NCBI GenBank assembly: GCA_049514395.1
Contig: JBEKVC010000001.1
Location: 2,195 to 66,194, forward strand
Direction: 5' to 3'
Origin: Terriglobia bacterium
GTDB lineage: Bacteria; Acidobacteriota; Terriglobia; UBA7540
Length of the DNA: 64,000 nucleotides
Shown here: positions 35,029 through 44,434 of the stretch, in pieces
How the letters are laid out: each line of letters opens with the position of its first letter
Position numbering within the stretch: the first letter of the stretch is position 1
Translations under genes and position numbers: made by a program
Notes under the pieces: model-generated
Seen by the model: only the letters and a program-made list of their open reading frames with translations
What the model was told of the DNA's origin: nothing
Database searches by the model: none

Positions 35029-35287
35029 TAGGAACCTGCCCGTCCGGGTACCCAGCGGGTAGCGACGGTGTCGCCGCGGCGACCTCTCGTGACCGTAGGC
35101 TTTTCCTTCGATGACGAACCCACGGTCAATTCCAAAGACGCATTGACCGTGACTACCCCCGGGTCACACAACCTCAGGCGTCGTTCGGACTGTAATCTCT
35201 GCGCTTGTAGCTTCCCACCTTGGGCAACTCGATCACCAAGCGTAAGGCGTCGTTAATGGCTCTTTCACTGCGCCGGCCATCGGCTCA

Positions 35288-35524
35288 TTAGGCGACGCCC
35301 TGCAAGGCGAGAATCCTTTTCTTCACACTGGGTGGAAAATCCACAAACAAGAAATAGCTTTGGTGATAGAGGTAATCCTCGCCACTCTCGTCGACAATCC
35401 GCACCAGATCATCCTTGGCCGCCACCGGATCGGCAAGAATCCGATAAACCTTGCCGGGAATGAGCGACGCCTGATAGTCGGTATTGTCGATGCAAAGAGC
35501 GAACGGTTTCGTTGGTGTTTTCAT
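35288..35524 (-). CDS. Small conserved hypothetical protein (78 aa)
   Basis: The pattern KVYRILADPVAAKDDLVRIVDESGEDYLYHQSYFLFVDFP resembles a widespread small protein family that I cannot name. No SD was checked. Confidence 0.55.
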   Translation of the reverse strand: MKTPTKPFALCIDNTDYQASLIPGKVYRILADPVAAKDDLVRIVDESGEDYLYHQSYFLFVDFPPSVKKRILALQGVA

Positions 35525-35622
35525 GATTCATCCAAGTAGCGCTGACCCCGCAAAGCGGGGTCAGCAGGTCGGGCACTCGCGGAAAATGCCGACCTGAAGG
35601 TCGGCGCTACAAAGTCTGGCGG

Positions 35623-35705
35623 CGCGGACCTGTTTTTCAAGGTCTGCGGCTCTTCTCGCCGACCACGCCCAAGAGCCGCGGACCTACAAAACGGGTCCGT
35701 GCTAC
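35623..35705. repeat. Roughly 85-bp repeat, copy 2
   Basis: GCGCGGACCTGTTTTTCAAGGTCTGCGGCTCTTCTCGCCGACCACGCCCAAGAGCCGCGGACCTACAAAACGGGTCCGTGCTAC is about 85% identical to 34347-34432 and in the same orientation. Confidence 0.7.
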
Positions 35706-35737
35706 CCGCATTTGACTGTGGACTGTTGACTGTCGAC

Positions 35738-36628
35738 TTAGTGGCCCGCCTTGGCCACTCGCGCCATGGCAGCGATATGCTCAGGCGTGGTGCCGCAGCA
35801 GCCTCCGATGATTTGCGCCCCAGCTTTAATGAGCTCCGGTACTTTGGAAGCCATGAATTCCGGCGTCTCTTTGAACACCGTCTTCTCCCCTTCCAGGACC
35901 GGCATGCCTGCGTTGGCGTTAATAAGGATGGGCGTACTCGGCTGCGCAGCCCGCATCTGGCGCGTAATCTCGATCATGTTCACGATGCCGTTGCCGCAAT
36001 TGGCGCCCACGATGTCCGCGCCGGCCGCCACCGCCTCCCGCGCCGCGCGTTCCGGCGTCACACCCATCATGGTGCGAAAACCACGCGCGCCGGCTTCAAA
36101 GGTGAAGGTGCAGATGACCGGGAGCTTGGTATTTTCCTTGGCAGCCTTGATCGCCTGCACCGCTTCGCTGAGGGATGCCATGGTCTCAATGCACAGGGCA
36201 TCCGCGCCGCCCTCCTCCAAAGCCACCACTTGCTCCTTGAAAGCCTTGTAGAGGTCTTGCGGCGTCACATCGCCGCCCTCGTCCTCCACGATGTGCCCGG
36301 TGGGGCCAACCGAAGCGGCGATGTAACCCTTGCCTGCCATGGCCTGTTTGGCGAGTGCAACAGCAGCCTGGTTCAACTCGCTCACTTTGTCCGCGAGCCC
36401 ATAGGGCTTCAGCTTGTAACAAGTGCCGCCAAACGAATTCGTCTCCACGATGTCAGCACCCGCGGCGATGTAATCCTCGTGAATCCCTTTAACCACGTTC
36501 GGGTGAGAAACACACCACGATTCCATGCACTCGCCTGGTTTCAAGCCCTTGGCTTGCAGATAGGTGCCCATGGCTCCGTCGGAAATCAGAATGTCCCCTT
36601 GCGCCACTCTTTCTTTGAAAGTCTTCAT
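35738..36628 (-). CDS. Stand-alone homocysteine S-methyltransferase-domain protein (MetH N-terminal module-like)
   Basis: ILISDGAMGT, VETNSFG and the C-terminal zinc ligands GANCG...IIGGCCGTTPEHI are typical of Pfam S-methyl_trans. Start taken at ATG 36628 (MKTFKERV). The ORF is open to 36658. Confidence 0.85.
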   Translation of the reverse strand: MKTFKERVAQGDILISDGAMGTYLQAKGLKPGECMESWCVSHPNVVKGIHEDYIAAGADIVETNSFGGTCYKLKPYGLADKVSELNQAAVALAKQAMAGKGYIAASVGPTGHIVEDEGGDVTPQDLYKAFKEQVVALEEGGADALCIETMASLSEAVQAIKAAKENTKLPVICTFTFEAGARGFRTMMGVTPERAAREAVAAGADIVGANCGNGIVNMIEITRQMRAAQPSTPILINANAGMPVLEGEKTVFKETPEFMASKVPELIKAGAQIIGGCCGTTPEHIAAMARVAKAGH

Positions 36629-37186
36629 ATGAATCTCTTCTTTCATCCTCTTGAGCAAGCTGTGAAATCAATTGCTCGTGTATTTGTGTCTTAGAAGCCG
36701 TGAAATAATCCCTGGATGACCAAAAGAATTTCATCCCGCAAGGCGGGACAAAGTCGTAGAAGGCGCAAAGAAAACAAAACCGTTGTTCTTTGCGAGTCTT
36801 TGCGCCTTGGCGTCTTTGCGTGAGATTGTTTATTCTTCCACAGCTTCTTAGCATAGTGCTCAGCTTAACACATTGCCGCAGGTTTCAGGTGTCAGGCGCC
36901 TGGGGCTCAAGCAGGAGTCAGGGAAAAAGCGAGAGGCTCTCCCGAATCCTTCCCGCCCCACGGGACCAGATTATGCTCTTAGGGATACTGCACTTTCGCT
37001 CTTGACACAAGGCTTGAGATTTGATAGCCTACTCTGGTTGACCTATGGAATACGCGGCCACGGAGCGCTGGAAGGGAGTTCAGGACTGGGCGTCGGTTTG
37101 GGCAAGCGCCCACGCTACGCCGCGTCCATTCGACAAATCGTCATGGTGATGAGAGGCGTAGTAACTTTAGTTTTTGAACGAACAAC

Positions 37187-37304
37187 GCAGGAATGTTGTT
37201 GAAAACAAAGGACCGGTCTTGAATGCCGCAGGCCAAAGCGGGAATGTTATTGATAATAAAGGAGATTCGAGCAGAAAGCGGGAATGTTGTTGAAAAGAAA
37301 GGAG
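37187..37304 (+). repeat. Three direct copies of a roughly 27-nt motif
   Basis: GCAGGAATGTTGTTGAAAACAAAGGA (37187-37212), GCGGGAATGTTATTGATAATAAAGGAG (37238-37264) and GCGGGAATGTTGTTGAAAAGAAAGGAG (37278-37304). Confidence 0.7.
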
Positions 37305-37474
37305 GTAGGTGGTGGGTCGCAGGTGGTACGTGGGGAAGAACAGGTTGCAGATGCCAGATCAGGATTCAGGAGTCAGGAGCCAGGAGTCAGAAGATAGGCA
37401 GTAAGCAGAAGGCAGGAAAAGCAAGAATAGATGACGGAGCCTGGCAAACCTCCCCTGATACTACTTTCGGGTCT

Positions 37475-37594
37475 GTCGTGCTGAGTCCGTCGGCCTAGGC
37501 CGAACGAAGCATCCCGGCAGTTTGTCGCTGGATGCTGAGCGCAAAAGACAACTGCATAGATCCTTCGTCCGTCAGCTGACGGACTCAGGATGAC
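37475..37594. repeat. GTCATKCTGAG...GAATGAC palindromic element (copy 3, diverged)
   Basis: GTCGTGCTGAGTCCGTCGGCC...GTCAGCTGACGGACTCAGGATGAC. Confidence 0.6.
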
Positions 37595-37750
37595 AGACGA
37601 GTCCAAGTTCGAAATTCGGGTTCAACTGACCACGGACCCGCCATGGCGGGACCCCGACAAAGAGCTCGTTAAACAAACTTCGGGTCTCGAATTCCCATTT
37701 TCGGTTGTTGGGTTTCTAGTTTCTGCTTTCTAATTTCTGCTTTCTAATTT

Positions 37751-38695
37751 CTATTTTGGTGTCTCGACATGCACGCCTGCACCGCGGCGCAGGCGCGCGG
37801 CGCGGACGGTATTGGACATCAACATGGCGATGGTCAACGGCCCCACGCCCCCCGGCACCGGCGTATAAGCGGCCGCCTTTTCCTTCACGTCTTCAGGCTG
37901 CACGTCCCCCACTAGGACGGAACCTTTAGCCTCGAGGTCCTTGAGCGGACGTGAGGGATCATGAAAGATTCGACGAATTTCCTCGGGGGTGGTCAGGCGG
38001 TTGATGCCGACGTCGATCACCACAGCGCCGGGCTTGATGAAATCGCCTGTCACAAAGGCCGGCTTGCCCATGGCCGCCACCAGGATATCGCCCTCGCGAG
38101 CCACCGCCGGCAGGTCGCGCGTCCTCGAATGGCAAATGGTCAGCGTGGCATGTTGATGAAGCAGCAGCATGGCCACCGGCTTTCCCACGATGTCACTCCG
38201 TCCCACCACCACGGCCCGCGCGCCTTTAATGGGAATCTGGCTGCGGACCAGAATTTCAATGATTCCCGCCGGAGTGCAGGGAACCAGGCCCGGCGTCCCA
38301 CTCACCAGGTGTCCGACGTTGATAGGGTGGAACCCGTCCACGTCCTTGGCCGGGTCCACAGCCTCGAGCACGCGCTTGGAATCAATTTGCGGCGGCAGAG
38401 GTAGCTGAATCAGAATGCCGTCAATTTCATCGCGGCGATTGAGCGATTCAACGAGCGCCAGCAGCCGCTCCTGGGAGGTGTCTGCGGGCAAGTCAATTTT
38501 CTCGCTGTAGACCCCTAAGGATTCACAGGTCTTCACCTTGGTGCGCACGTAGATTTGCGAGGCAGGATTCTCACCCACCAGGACCGCTGCCAGTCCCGGC
38601 GTGATGCCAGCGCTCTTCAAGTCCTGAATCTCGACGGCGAGCTCCGCCTTGATTTGGTCGCGGATCTTATTACCATCCAAAATAGTTGCTGCCAC
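37751..38695 (-). CDS. folD: Bifunctional methylenetetrahydrofolate dehydrogenase / methenyl-THF cyclohydrolase
   Basis: ILDGNKIRDQIKAEL...PGLAAVLVGENPASQIYVRTKVK...VVVGRSDIVGKP...PVPGGVGPLTIAML are canonical FolD blocks. Confidence 0.92.
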   Translation of the reverse strand: MAATILDGNKIRDQIKAELAVEIQDLKSAGITPGLAAVLVGENPASQIYVRTKVKTCESLGVYSEKIDLPADTSQERLLALVESLNRRDEIDGILIQLPLPPQIDSKRVLEAVDPAKDVDGFHPINVGHLVSGTPGLVPCTPAGIIEILVRSQIPIKGARAVVVGRSDIVGKPVAMLLLHQHATLTICHSRTRDLPAVAREGDILVAAMGKPAFVTGDFIKPGAVVIDVGINRLTTPEEIRRIFHDPSRPLKDLEAKGSVLVGDVQPEDVKEKAAAYTPVPGGVGPLTIAMLMSNTVRAARLRRGAGVHVETPK

Positions 38696-38717
38696 GATGG
38701 TTCTCCTTGGTACAAAA

Positions 38718-38758
38718 GCTCTCAGCTCTCAGCTCTCAGCTCTCAGCTCTCAGCTCTC
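38718..38758. repeat. Heptanucleotide tandem repeat (CTCAGCT), about 6 units
   Basis: GCTCTCAGCTCTCAGCTCTCAGCTCTCAGCTCTCAGCTCTC lies immediately upstream of folD. It is followed by CCCGCCGCGGCGGGTCAGCTTC, a word also present at 32879-32900. Confidence 0.8.
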
Positions 38759-39134
38759 CCGCCGCGGCGGGTCAGCTTCGGGCCTTCCTGCCTAGTCCCA
38801 CCGCCTTCGCTGCTCACTGCCTGCTGCCTACGCCCTACCTTTTGTCTTCTCGCTTCTGGCTTCTGGTCGGCAGACCCAGCGGCGCAGCGATAAACCCATC
38901 GCCCCGGTAGTGGCGTAACAGTGTGCACGGTTGAAGGTTCTTTCGCCCCTTCCGGGGCTCACTCCGGTGGGGCGGCCCCAACCCAGGGCTTGCGCCCTGG
39001 GCTAAATTCTACCGCCCCTAACGGGGCTAGGCTTTACTACTGCCTTCTGCTTACTGCCTTCTGCCTTCTACTTTCTGCTTTCTGCTTACTGCTTACTGCC
39101 TTCTACTTTCTGCTTTCTGCCTTCTACTTTCCGC

Positions 39135-39929
39135 CTACTGCCCCAACTTTCCTTCACGAAAGGCCTGGATGTAGTTTGCACAATACTCGTCGCGCCCCAG
39201 CAAGGCTTCAGCCGCCCGGATATTCATCATCAATTGCGGGTCGCACGGATCGACGATCGCGGCGTCCAGGCCTTGCGCCATCAGCAGGAGAAGAAGGACC
39301 TCGTTGAGCAGCTTGCGCACGGGAAGTCCAAACGAAACGTTGCTGATGCCCGCGCTGACATGAACGCCAGGATACCGAGCCTTGATCTGTCTAGTGGCAT
39401 CCACCAGTGCTTTGCCATGTTCCGGGCCCGTGCTGATGGGAAGTACGCAGGGATCAACGTAAATATCGTCCAGGACGAATCCTTCCGCCATGAGCCGATC
39501 GACGAGGTGGCTCGCGGTCGCGACGCGCTCTGCGGCCGTGTTGGGCGGCCCCGCCTCGCCCAGGCAGAGGGCGATCACTTTGGGGCGGAACTCCTTCAAG
39601 AGAGGAAGCAGCGCCTGCATGCGCGCCGGCTCATCGGTGATGGAATTGATCATCGCCCGCTGTTGGCAAAGCGGGAGGGCGCCTCGCAGCGCTGCGGGGT
39701 CTGCGCTGTCCAGGCAGAGCGGGGTGGCGAGGGTTTCCTGCACGATGGTCACGAGCCATGGCAGAACTTCCGTCTCCTGACCAGGCAGGCCGCCATTCAC
39801 GTCCAGCATGTCCGCGCCGGCATTGGCTTGTTTGCGGGCGATTTCCTTGAAAAAATCCACGTCTCTCTTTTGGGCCGCTTCTCCGACCTTCTTCCGGGTG
39901 CAATTAATCAGTTCGCCGATAATGAGCAC
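39135..39929 (-). CDS. Pterin-binding-domain methyltransferase (methyl-THF:corrinoid methyltransferase AcsE / MetH module 2-like, 264 aa)
   Basis: [12 protein letters not shown]...[10 protein letters not shown]...[10 protein letters not shown]...INSIT...[15 protein letters not shown] is the dihydropteroate-synthase-like pterin-binding barrel pattern. Confidence 0.85.
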   Translation of the reverse strand: MLIIGELINCTRKKVGEAAQKRDVDFFKEIARKQANAGADMLDVNGGLPGQETEVLPWLVTIVQETLATPLCLDSADPAALRGALPLCQQRAMINSITDEPARMQALLPLLKEFRPKVIALCLGEAGPPNTAAERVATASHLVDRLMAEGFVLDDIYVDPCVLPISTGPEHGKALVDATRQIKARYPGVHVSAGISNVSFGLPVRKLLNEVLLLLLMAQGLDAAIVDPCDPQLMMNIRAAEALLGRDEYCANYIQAFREGKLGQ

Positions 39930-39934
39930 GGAAT

Positions 39935-41530
39935 TTAACTCCCCGCTTGCTGGCTATTCGCCAGAGGTTCTAGCAGATCTTTCCTCTTGCAGACGTTGTC
40001 CAACCCGGCCATTCGATTGGCCAAGGCATTCGTGCCGTCCAGGCACCAGTCGCGCGGCGGGATCAGGGTGTGTGCGAACTTCCGGGGATCATCTCCCACC
40101 GCCAGCGCGCCGCGATAGATCACGTTCCAGATGCAAAGCTGTTCGGGGCGAGCCTCGCAGGTTCCGTCAACCCTCGAGCCTCCGCAGGGCCCGTTACGAA
40201 GCTCCTTGTAACACCATCGCATCGAGCAGCCCGCGTAGTCGAAGTGGTCCTGAACACAATCGCCGCAACTCTTACATCCCAGAGTGGCTTTTCGGTAGAG
40301 CGTGGAAGGCTCCAGCAGCCAGTACCACAACCCATGACGCCAGGAATTCCCCACCGCCCCGTCCCCATTCGCCTTCAGCCGGGCGCTGAAGAAGCGCGCA
40401 CCGAAAGAATCCGTGGCGATCAGGTGGCGGTGTACCAGCTTGGAAAGCCATTGGACAAAGGTCGCGTGCGGTTTCTTACGGCTGAGCTGGTAACTGCCTG
40501 CGCCATCAGGTAAGCCATCTTCACCCCGCGGCAGCAGGTAAAACTCGTTTGCATAGGGGAAGATCAGCTCGTCCATCTTGCTGCGCCAGTCGCTCGCGAG
40601 CGCCGCAGCACGTTCGGCAATGGTCATGAAATCTCGATGCGTGAGGCCAAATCCGCCGACGTGCGCTCCCGCAAAGCCGAGAGCCTTCGCCGCCGCCACC
40701 ATGAGCGCGGCGCGCTCCAAGCGTTGGGGTTTCTTCTCCTTTTCGAGCCGCCGGATGAGCTCGTCCGGAATGACGCAGCCCGCCACTTCACCGGCTTGCA
40801 TCATCTGCGCAATCTTGGCCGTGGGAACATAGACATTGGCGAGAACAGGGACGTGTCCCAGGCCCTCGCGGGTCAAGTAGTGCTTCAGTTCGCAGAGTTT
40901 TCGGAGGTTGTACCCCAACTGCGTGATGATGAACTGCGCTCCAACCGCGATCTTCAGTTGCAGCTTGTAAAACTGCATCATCTGGTCGGACTCGTGAACC
41001 TTGTAGGGGTTCACAACAGCGCCCGCAAAGAAATCGAAAGGCGTGCTGTGAACCGTCCGCGGCCCCAGCCGGTACTCGATGCCCGCCCGCATGGCCTGAA
41101 TCAGCCAGAGGAGGAGCACGGAGTCCAGGTCGTAAACAGGCTTGGATCTTCCGCCGAAGCCCTCCTTTTGAGCATCGCCCGTCAAAGCCAGAACGTTCTC
41201 GACTCCCTCGCGCGCCAGACCGTGAAGGCGGCCTTCCAGGAAGGAACGGTTTCCATCCTTGGCGGTGAGATGAGCAATGGGTGTCAGGCCCCGTTCCTTG
41301 ATGAACGAGACAAAGGCTTCAGGGGGCAGCGCCGGGTTGCCGCTCGGCAGGTCGGTCACACTGATGACCTTAATCCCGTCCGGCTGCGACGCCGCTTCTT
41401 GGACGAAGGTCTCCGCTTCGGCCATGTTGTGATCGCGGCCCAGGACCAGCTCCGCGGTGCAGAAAAACTCTTTTTTTTCGAGCGCCAGCCTCAAATGGTT
41501 CTGAGTCAGAGCCTCTCCATCCCCAGTCAT
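39935..41530 (-). CDS. metF: Methylenetetrahydrofolate reductase fused to a Cys-rich MTHFR C-terminal (MetV-like) domain (531 aa)
   Basis: The N-terminal roughly 300 aa form an MTHFR barrel (FFCTAELVLGRD...VISVTDLPSGNP...IAHLTAKD...VLALTGD). The C-terminal part carries CKSCGDCVQD...CSMRWCYKELRNGPCGG...CEA cysteine clusters. Confidence 0.85.
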   Translation of the reverse strand: MTGDGEALTQNHLRLALEKKEFFCTAELVLGRDHNMAEAETFVQEAASQPDGIKVISVTDLPSGNPALPPEAFVSFIKERGLTPIAHLTAKDGNRSFLEGRLHGLAREGVENVLALTGDAQKEGFGGRSKPVYDLDSVLLLWLIQAMRAGIEYRLGPRTVHSTPFDFFAGAVVNPYKVHESDQMMQFYKLQLKIAVGAQFIITQLGYNLRKLCELKHYLTREGLGHVPVLANVYVPTAKIAQMMQAGEVAGCVIPDELIRRLEKEKKPQRLERAALMVAAAKALGFAGAHVGGFGLTHRDFMTIAERAAALASDWRSKMDELIFPYANEFYLLPRGEDGLPDGAGSYQLSRKKPHATFVQWLSKLVHRHLIATDSFGARFFSARLKANGDGAVGNSWRHGLWYWLLEPSTLYRKATLGCKSCGDCVQDHFDYAGCSMRWCYKELRNGPCGGSRVDGTCEARPEQLCIWNVIYRGALAVGDDPRKFAHTLIPPRDWCLDGTNALANRMAGLDNVCKRKDLLEPLANSQQAGS

Positions 41531-41544
41531 GTGCCACTCCTTTT

Positions 41545-42000
41545 CTACCCGTAAGAACGTGGTTCTTGTATCCCGTGTGCCGCCGAAGTCGCCCTGTAAC
41601 TATCAACCAGGCGACGCCCGATTAGCGCGGCAAGGTGCTTGAAGAAAGTCATTCCGCTCACTGGGTCCGCGTGCAGGATCTGATCCAACTGGTACTTTTC
41701 GATCTTTGAGACCTTGACTGGACCCAGGCATTCGGCGGAAGCCGTGTAAGTGTTGTTCCCCACCAGACTGGACCAACCGATCACATCGCCCGGGTCGCTG
41801 GCCACGTGGGCCAAGAGCCCTTGGGGTCCCACGCTAACCCGCACCCGCCCTTCCGAGAGAATATAAAAATTGCGGGCGGGATCGTCTTGGTGGAAAAGAA
41901 AATCCCCCTGCGCGTGCGATTCCTCGATAGCGCTTTCCAGGATCTTCTTTCGAGTTTCATCGTGCATTCCCTCGAAAAGATAAGCCTTATCAATGTACAT
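41545..42000 (-). CDS. Cyclic-nucleotide-binding-domain protein (about 151 aa)
   Basis: LFEGMHDETRKKILESAIEESHAQGDFLFHQDDPARNFYILSEGRVRV is the cNMP_binding beta-roll pattern. ATG 42000 is preceded by AGGAG. The ORF-track start at 42174 would overlap fhs. Confidence 0.75.
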   Translation of the reverse strand: MYIDKAYLFEGMHDETRKKILESAIEESHAQGDFLFHQDDPARNFYILSEGRVRVSVGPQGLLAHVASDPGDVIGWSSLVGNNTYTASAECLGPVKVSKIEKYQLDQILHADPVSGMTFFKHLAALIGRRLVDSYRATSAAHGIQEPRSYG

Positions 42001-42014
42001 CGTTTGCTCCTGTC

Positions 42015-43781
42015 TCAAAACAGTCCCGATACTTTTCCGGTCTTCACATCCACATCCACCCGGCGGAAACCGGGGTTGGAAGACGTCCCAGGCATCAAGC
42101 TGATGATGCCCGCGCACGGGCAGAGGAACTTCGCGCCCGAGTACACCAAAACGTCCCGAATGGGCAGAATCCAACCTTGCGGAACGCCCTTGAGCGTTGG
42201 GTCGTGGCTTAAGCTCAAGTGTGTCTTCACCATCATCGTGGCGTAATCGGCGAATTTAGGATCGGACTCGAGCTGCTTGGACTTGGCTTCCGCCTCCGGC
42301 GCCCACGACACTCCATCCGCGCCGTAAACGACTTTGGCGATAAGTTCCACGCGGTCTCGCAGCTTCATCTCGAGTGGGTACAGGTGTTGAAAGTGGGCTT
42401 CGTCCTTGCAGGCGTCCATCACTGTATCCGCCAGCTCCAGGGCTCCTTCGCCGCCCTTGGCCCAGTGTTCGGAGGCTGCGCACCGAGCCCCGGTAGCTTC
42501 CACAGCCTTGCGCACCAGGGCGACCTCCTCCGGCGTGTCGGTATGGAAACGGTTGATGCAGACCACCGGATTGATCCCCGACCGACGAATGATTTTGAGG
42601 TGGTGCAGCAGGTTGGGAATCCCCTTTTCGAGGAGCTTCAGATTCTCCTTGGTGTAATCCTCGGGGAGAGGCAAACCCGGCACCACCCTGGGACCGCCCC
42701 CGTGCATCTTGAGAGCGCGGATCGTGGCAGTCAGGATGGAGACGTTCGGCTTCAGGCCGCTGTAACGACACTTGACGTTCCAGAACTTTTCGAAACCAAT
42801 GTCCGCCGCAAAGCCGCTCTCCGTGACGTGATAATCGAACATCTTCAGGCCGAGCCGGTCGGCGATGATGGAGGACTGTCCCACGGCGATGTTGGCGAAG
42901 GGGCCGGCATGCACCATGCAGGGCTGGTATTCCGCAGTCGAGCAAAGTGTGGGGTTAATGGTGTTCCGCATCCAGGCCGCCATAGCTCCCGCAACATCCA
43001 AGTCGGTTGTGGTGATCGGATTCCCCTTCTTATCATAAGCAACGGTAATCTCCCCGAGGCGCTTTCTCAGGTCGGCCAGATCGGTGACAATGGACAGAAT
43101 GGCCATCAGCTCGGAACTGACGGCGATGCCGAACTTGGACTGCATCATGAAGCCGTCCTGCTTGCCGCCGATCCCGATGATGATGTTGCGCAGCGTCTGC
43201 GCGCAGAAATCCATGACCCAGCCCATTTCCACGCGCGTGGGGTCGATATCCAGGCGGCGCATTATGCTGTGCTGCTGTAGTTGCTCGTCGTTATAATAGT
43301 TTCGCTCGTGCTGCATGCGAGCGGTAAGCGCCACCATGGCCAGATTGTGGGCGCGCTCGATGTCGTTGATGTCGCCCGTAAGACCCAGGGAGAACTCGGT
43401 CATGGGGATCAGCAGGGCGTTTCCTCCGCCGGCGGCCGTGCCCTTGATGTTCATAGTCGGACCGCCTGAAGGCTGCCGCAGGCACCCGCCAACATTCTTC
43501 CCGCGCTTGCCCAAACCCTCCATCAAACCGAGGGAAGTTGTGCTTTTTCCCTCACCTAAGGGGGTGGGGGTAATAGCTGTGACTTCAATATACTTCCCGT
43601 CAGGACGACCCTTTAGTCGTTCAATAATCTTGAGAAAATCCAGTTTCGCGAGCCGTCCCATGGGGATCACTTCATCTTGTTGCAGCCCCAATCTTTCCTG
43701 CCATTCGCGGGGACTGGGCATCCCCTGTTCGGCTGCTTCTGAAATCTGCCAGTCTTGCATTTTTGTCGCGTCGTACGCCAT
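42015..43781 (-). CDS. fhs: Formate--tetrahydrofolate ligase
   Basis: [16 protein letters not shown]-loop region, with full-length FTHFS similarity read by eye (588 aa). Confidence 0.93.
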   Translation of the reverse strand: MAYDATKMQDWQISEAAEQGMPSPREWQERLGLQQDEVIPMGRLAKLDFLKIIERLKGRPDGKYIEVTAITPTPLGEGKSTTSLGLMEGLGKRGKNVGGCLRQPSGGPTMNIKGTAAGGGNALLIPMTEFSLGLTGDINDIERAHNLAMVALTARMQHERNYYNDEQLQQHSIMRRLDIDPTRVEMGWVMDFCAQTLRNIIIGIGGKQDGFMMQSKFGIAVSSELMAILSIVTDLADLRKRLGEITVAYDKKGNPITTTDLDVAGAMAAWMRNTINPTLCSTAEYQPCMVHAGPFANIAVGQSSIIADRLGLKMFDYHVTESGFAADIGFEKFWNVKCRYSGLKPNVSILTATIRALKMHGGGPRVVPGLPLPEDYTKENLKLLEKGIPNLLHHLKIIRRSGINPVVCINRFHTDTPEEVALVRKAVEATGARCAASEHWAKGGEGALELADTVMDACKDEAHFQHLYPLEMKLRDRVELIAKVVYGADGVSWAPEAEAKSKQLESDPKFADYATMMVKTHLSLSHDPTLKGVPQGWILPIRDVLVYSGAKFLCPCAGIISLMPGTSSNPGFRRVDVDVKTGKVSGLF

Positions 43782-43808
43782 CCTTTGGCCTCCAGAATCT
43801 CGATAGGA

Positions 43809-44434
43809 TTAACGACTCAACATCATGGCGAAGCGGCGAATGCCGAGGTTTGCTGACCTCTTCCGGATGCGTTGGGCTGTCTCCACACTTCGCTCCCCGA
43901 GTTTGTGCACCGCCAGCATTAAGTCAACGTCCATGGGAGTCCCGCGGCTGAGATGCTCGGTCCCGGCTTCCATATCCAGAATGACCACCTCATCGCCTTT
44001 TCGAACCAGACACCCCACCATGGACTTGTGGAGAACACTTCTCGGGCTAGGACAACCGCCGCCAGCGCATTGGGCAGTTCCGAGCACAGGGAACTCCACG
44101 CCGGCGCATCTTGCGCGTAATGCTATGTTATTCCCTGTTCCTTGCAATCTAACTTGAAAATCTGGGCAAATTGCCGAACCTTGGCACCCCTCCGCGCCTC
44201 GATTAGCTTCCGGTCCTCGGCAATTGTATGAACAGAGGCGCGCAACTCCGTAGCGAGACCAAGAGCCGATGCGGAATTCACGTCCGGGTTAGCGTCGATG
44301 GGCACGGCCTTTAGATGATCGGTTGCATGCAGGCGAGCAAGAGTGCCGGCTAACGTGGACCTCTCCACCCCACCTTCCCCGGACACAGCGACTTTGAGTG
44401 CCACGTCCTGTATTTCCAGCAGGTTACGTGCCAT
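43809..44434 (-). pseudogene. cooC: Decayed CooC/AcsF-type nickel-insertion ATPase gene (frameshifted, motifs destroyed)
   Basis: Two overlapping ORFs (44123-44434 and 43809-44147) together align to CooC. KVAVSGEGGVERSTLAGTLARL stands in place of the GKGGVGKT Walker A. PIDANPDVNSASALGL is conserved. GGGCPSP stands in place of the CxC nickel motif. DEVVILDMEAGTEHLSRGT is retained. Confidence 0.65.

Noticed and set aside
36629-36800. SAM, THF or cobalamin riboswitch upstream of the Hcy-methyltransferase-domain gene
   Set aside because: Only a short hairpin (TCCCGC-AAG-GCGGGA) is present, with no recognisable riboswitch core. Left unresolved pending an Rfam scan.
38718-38758. Possible CRISPR array (also considered for the three repeats at 37187-37304)
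   Set aside because: The 7-nt unit has no spacers. The 27-nt repeats number only three, have unequal spacing (51 and 40 nt) and are imperfect. No cas genes are in the window.
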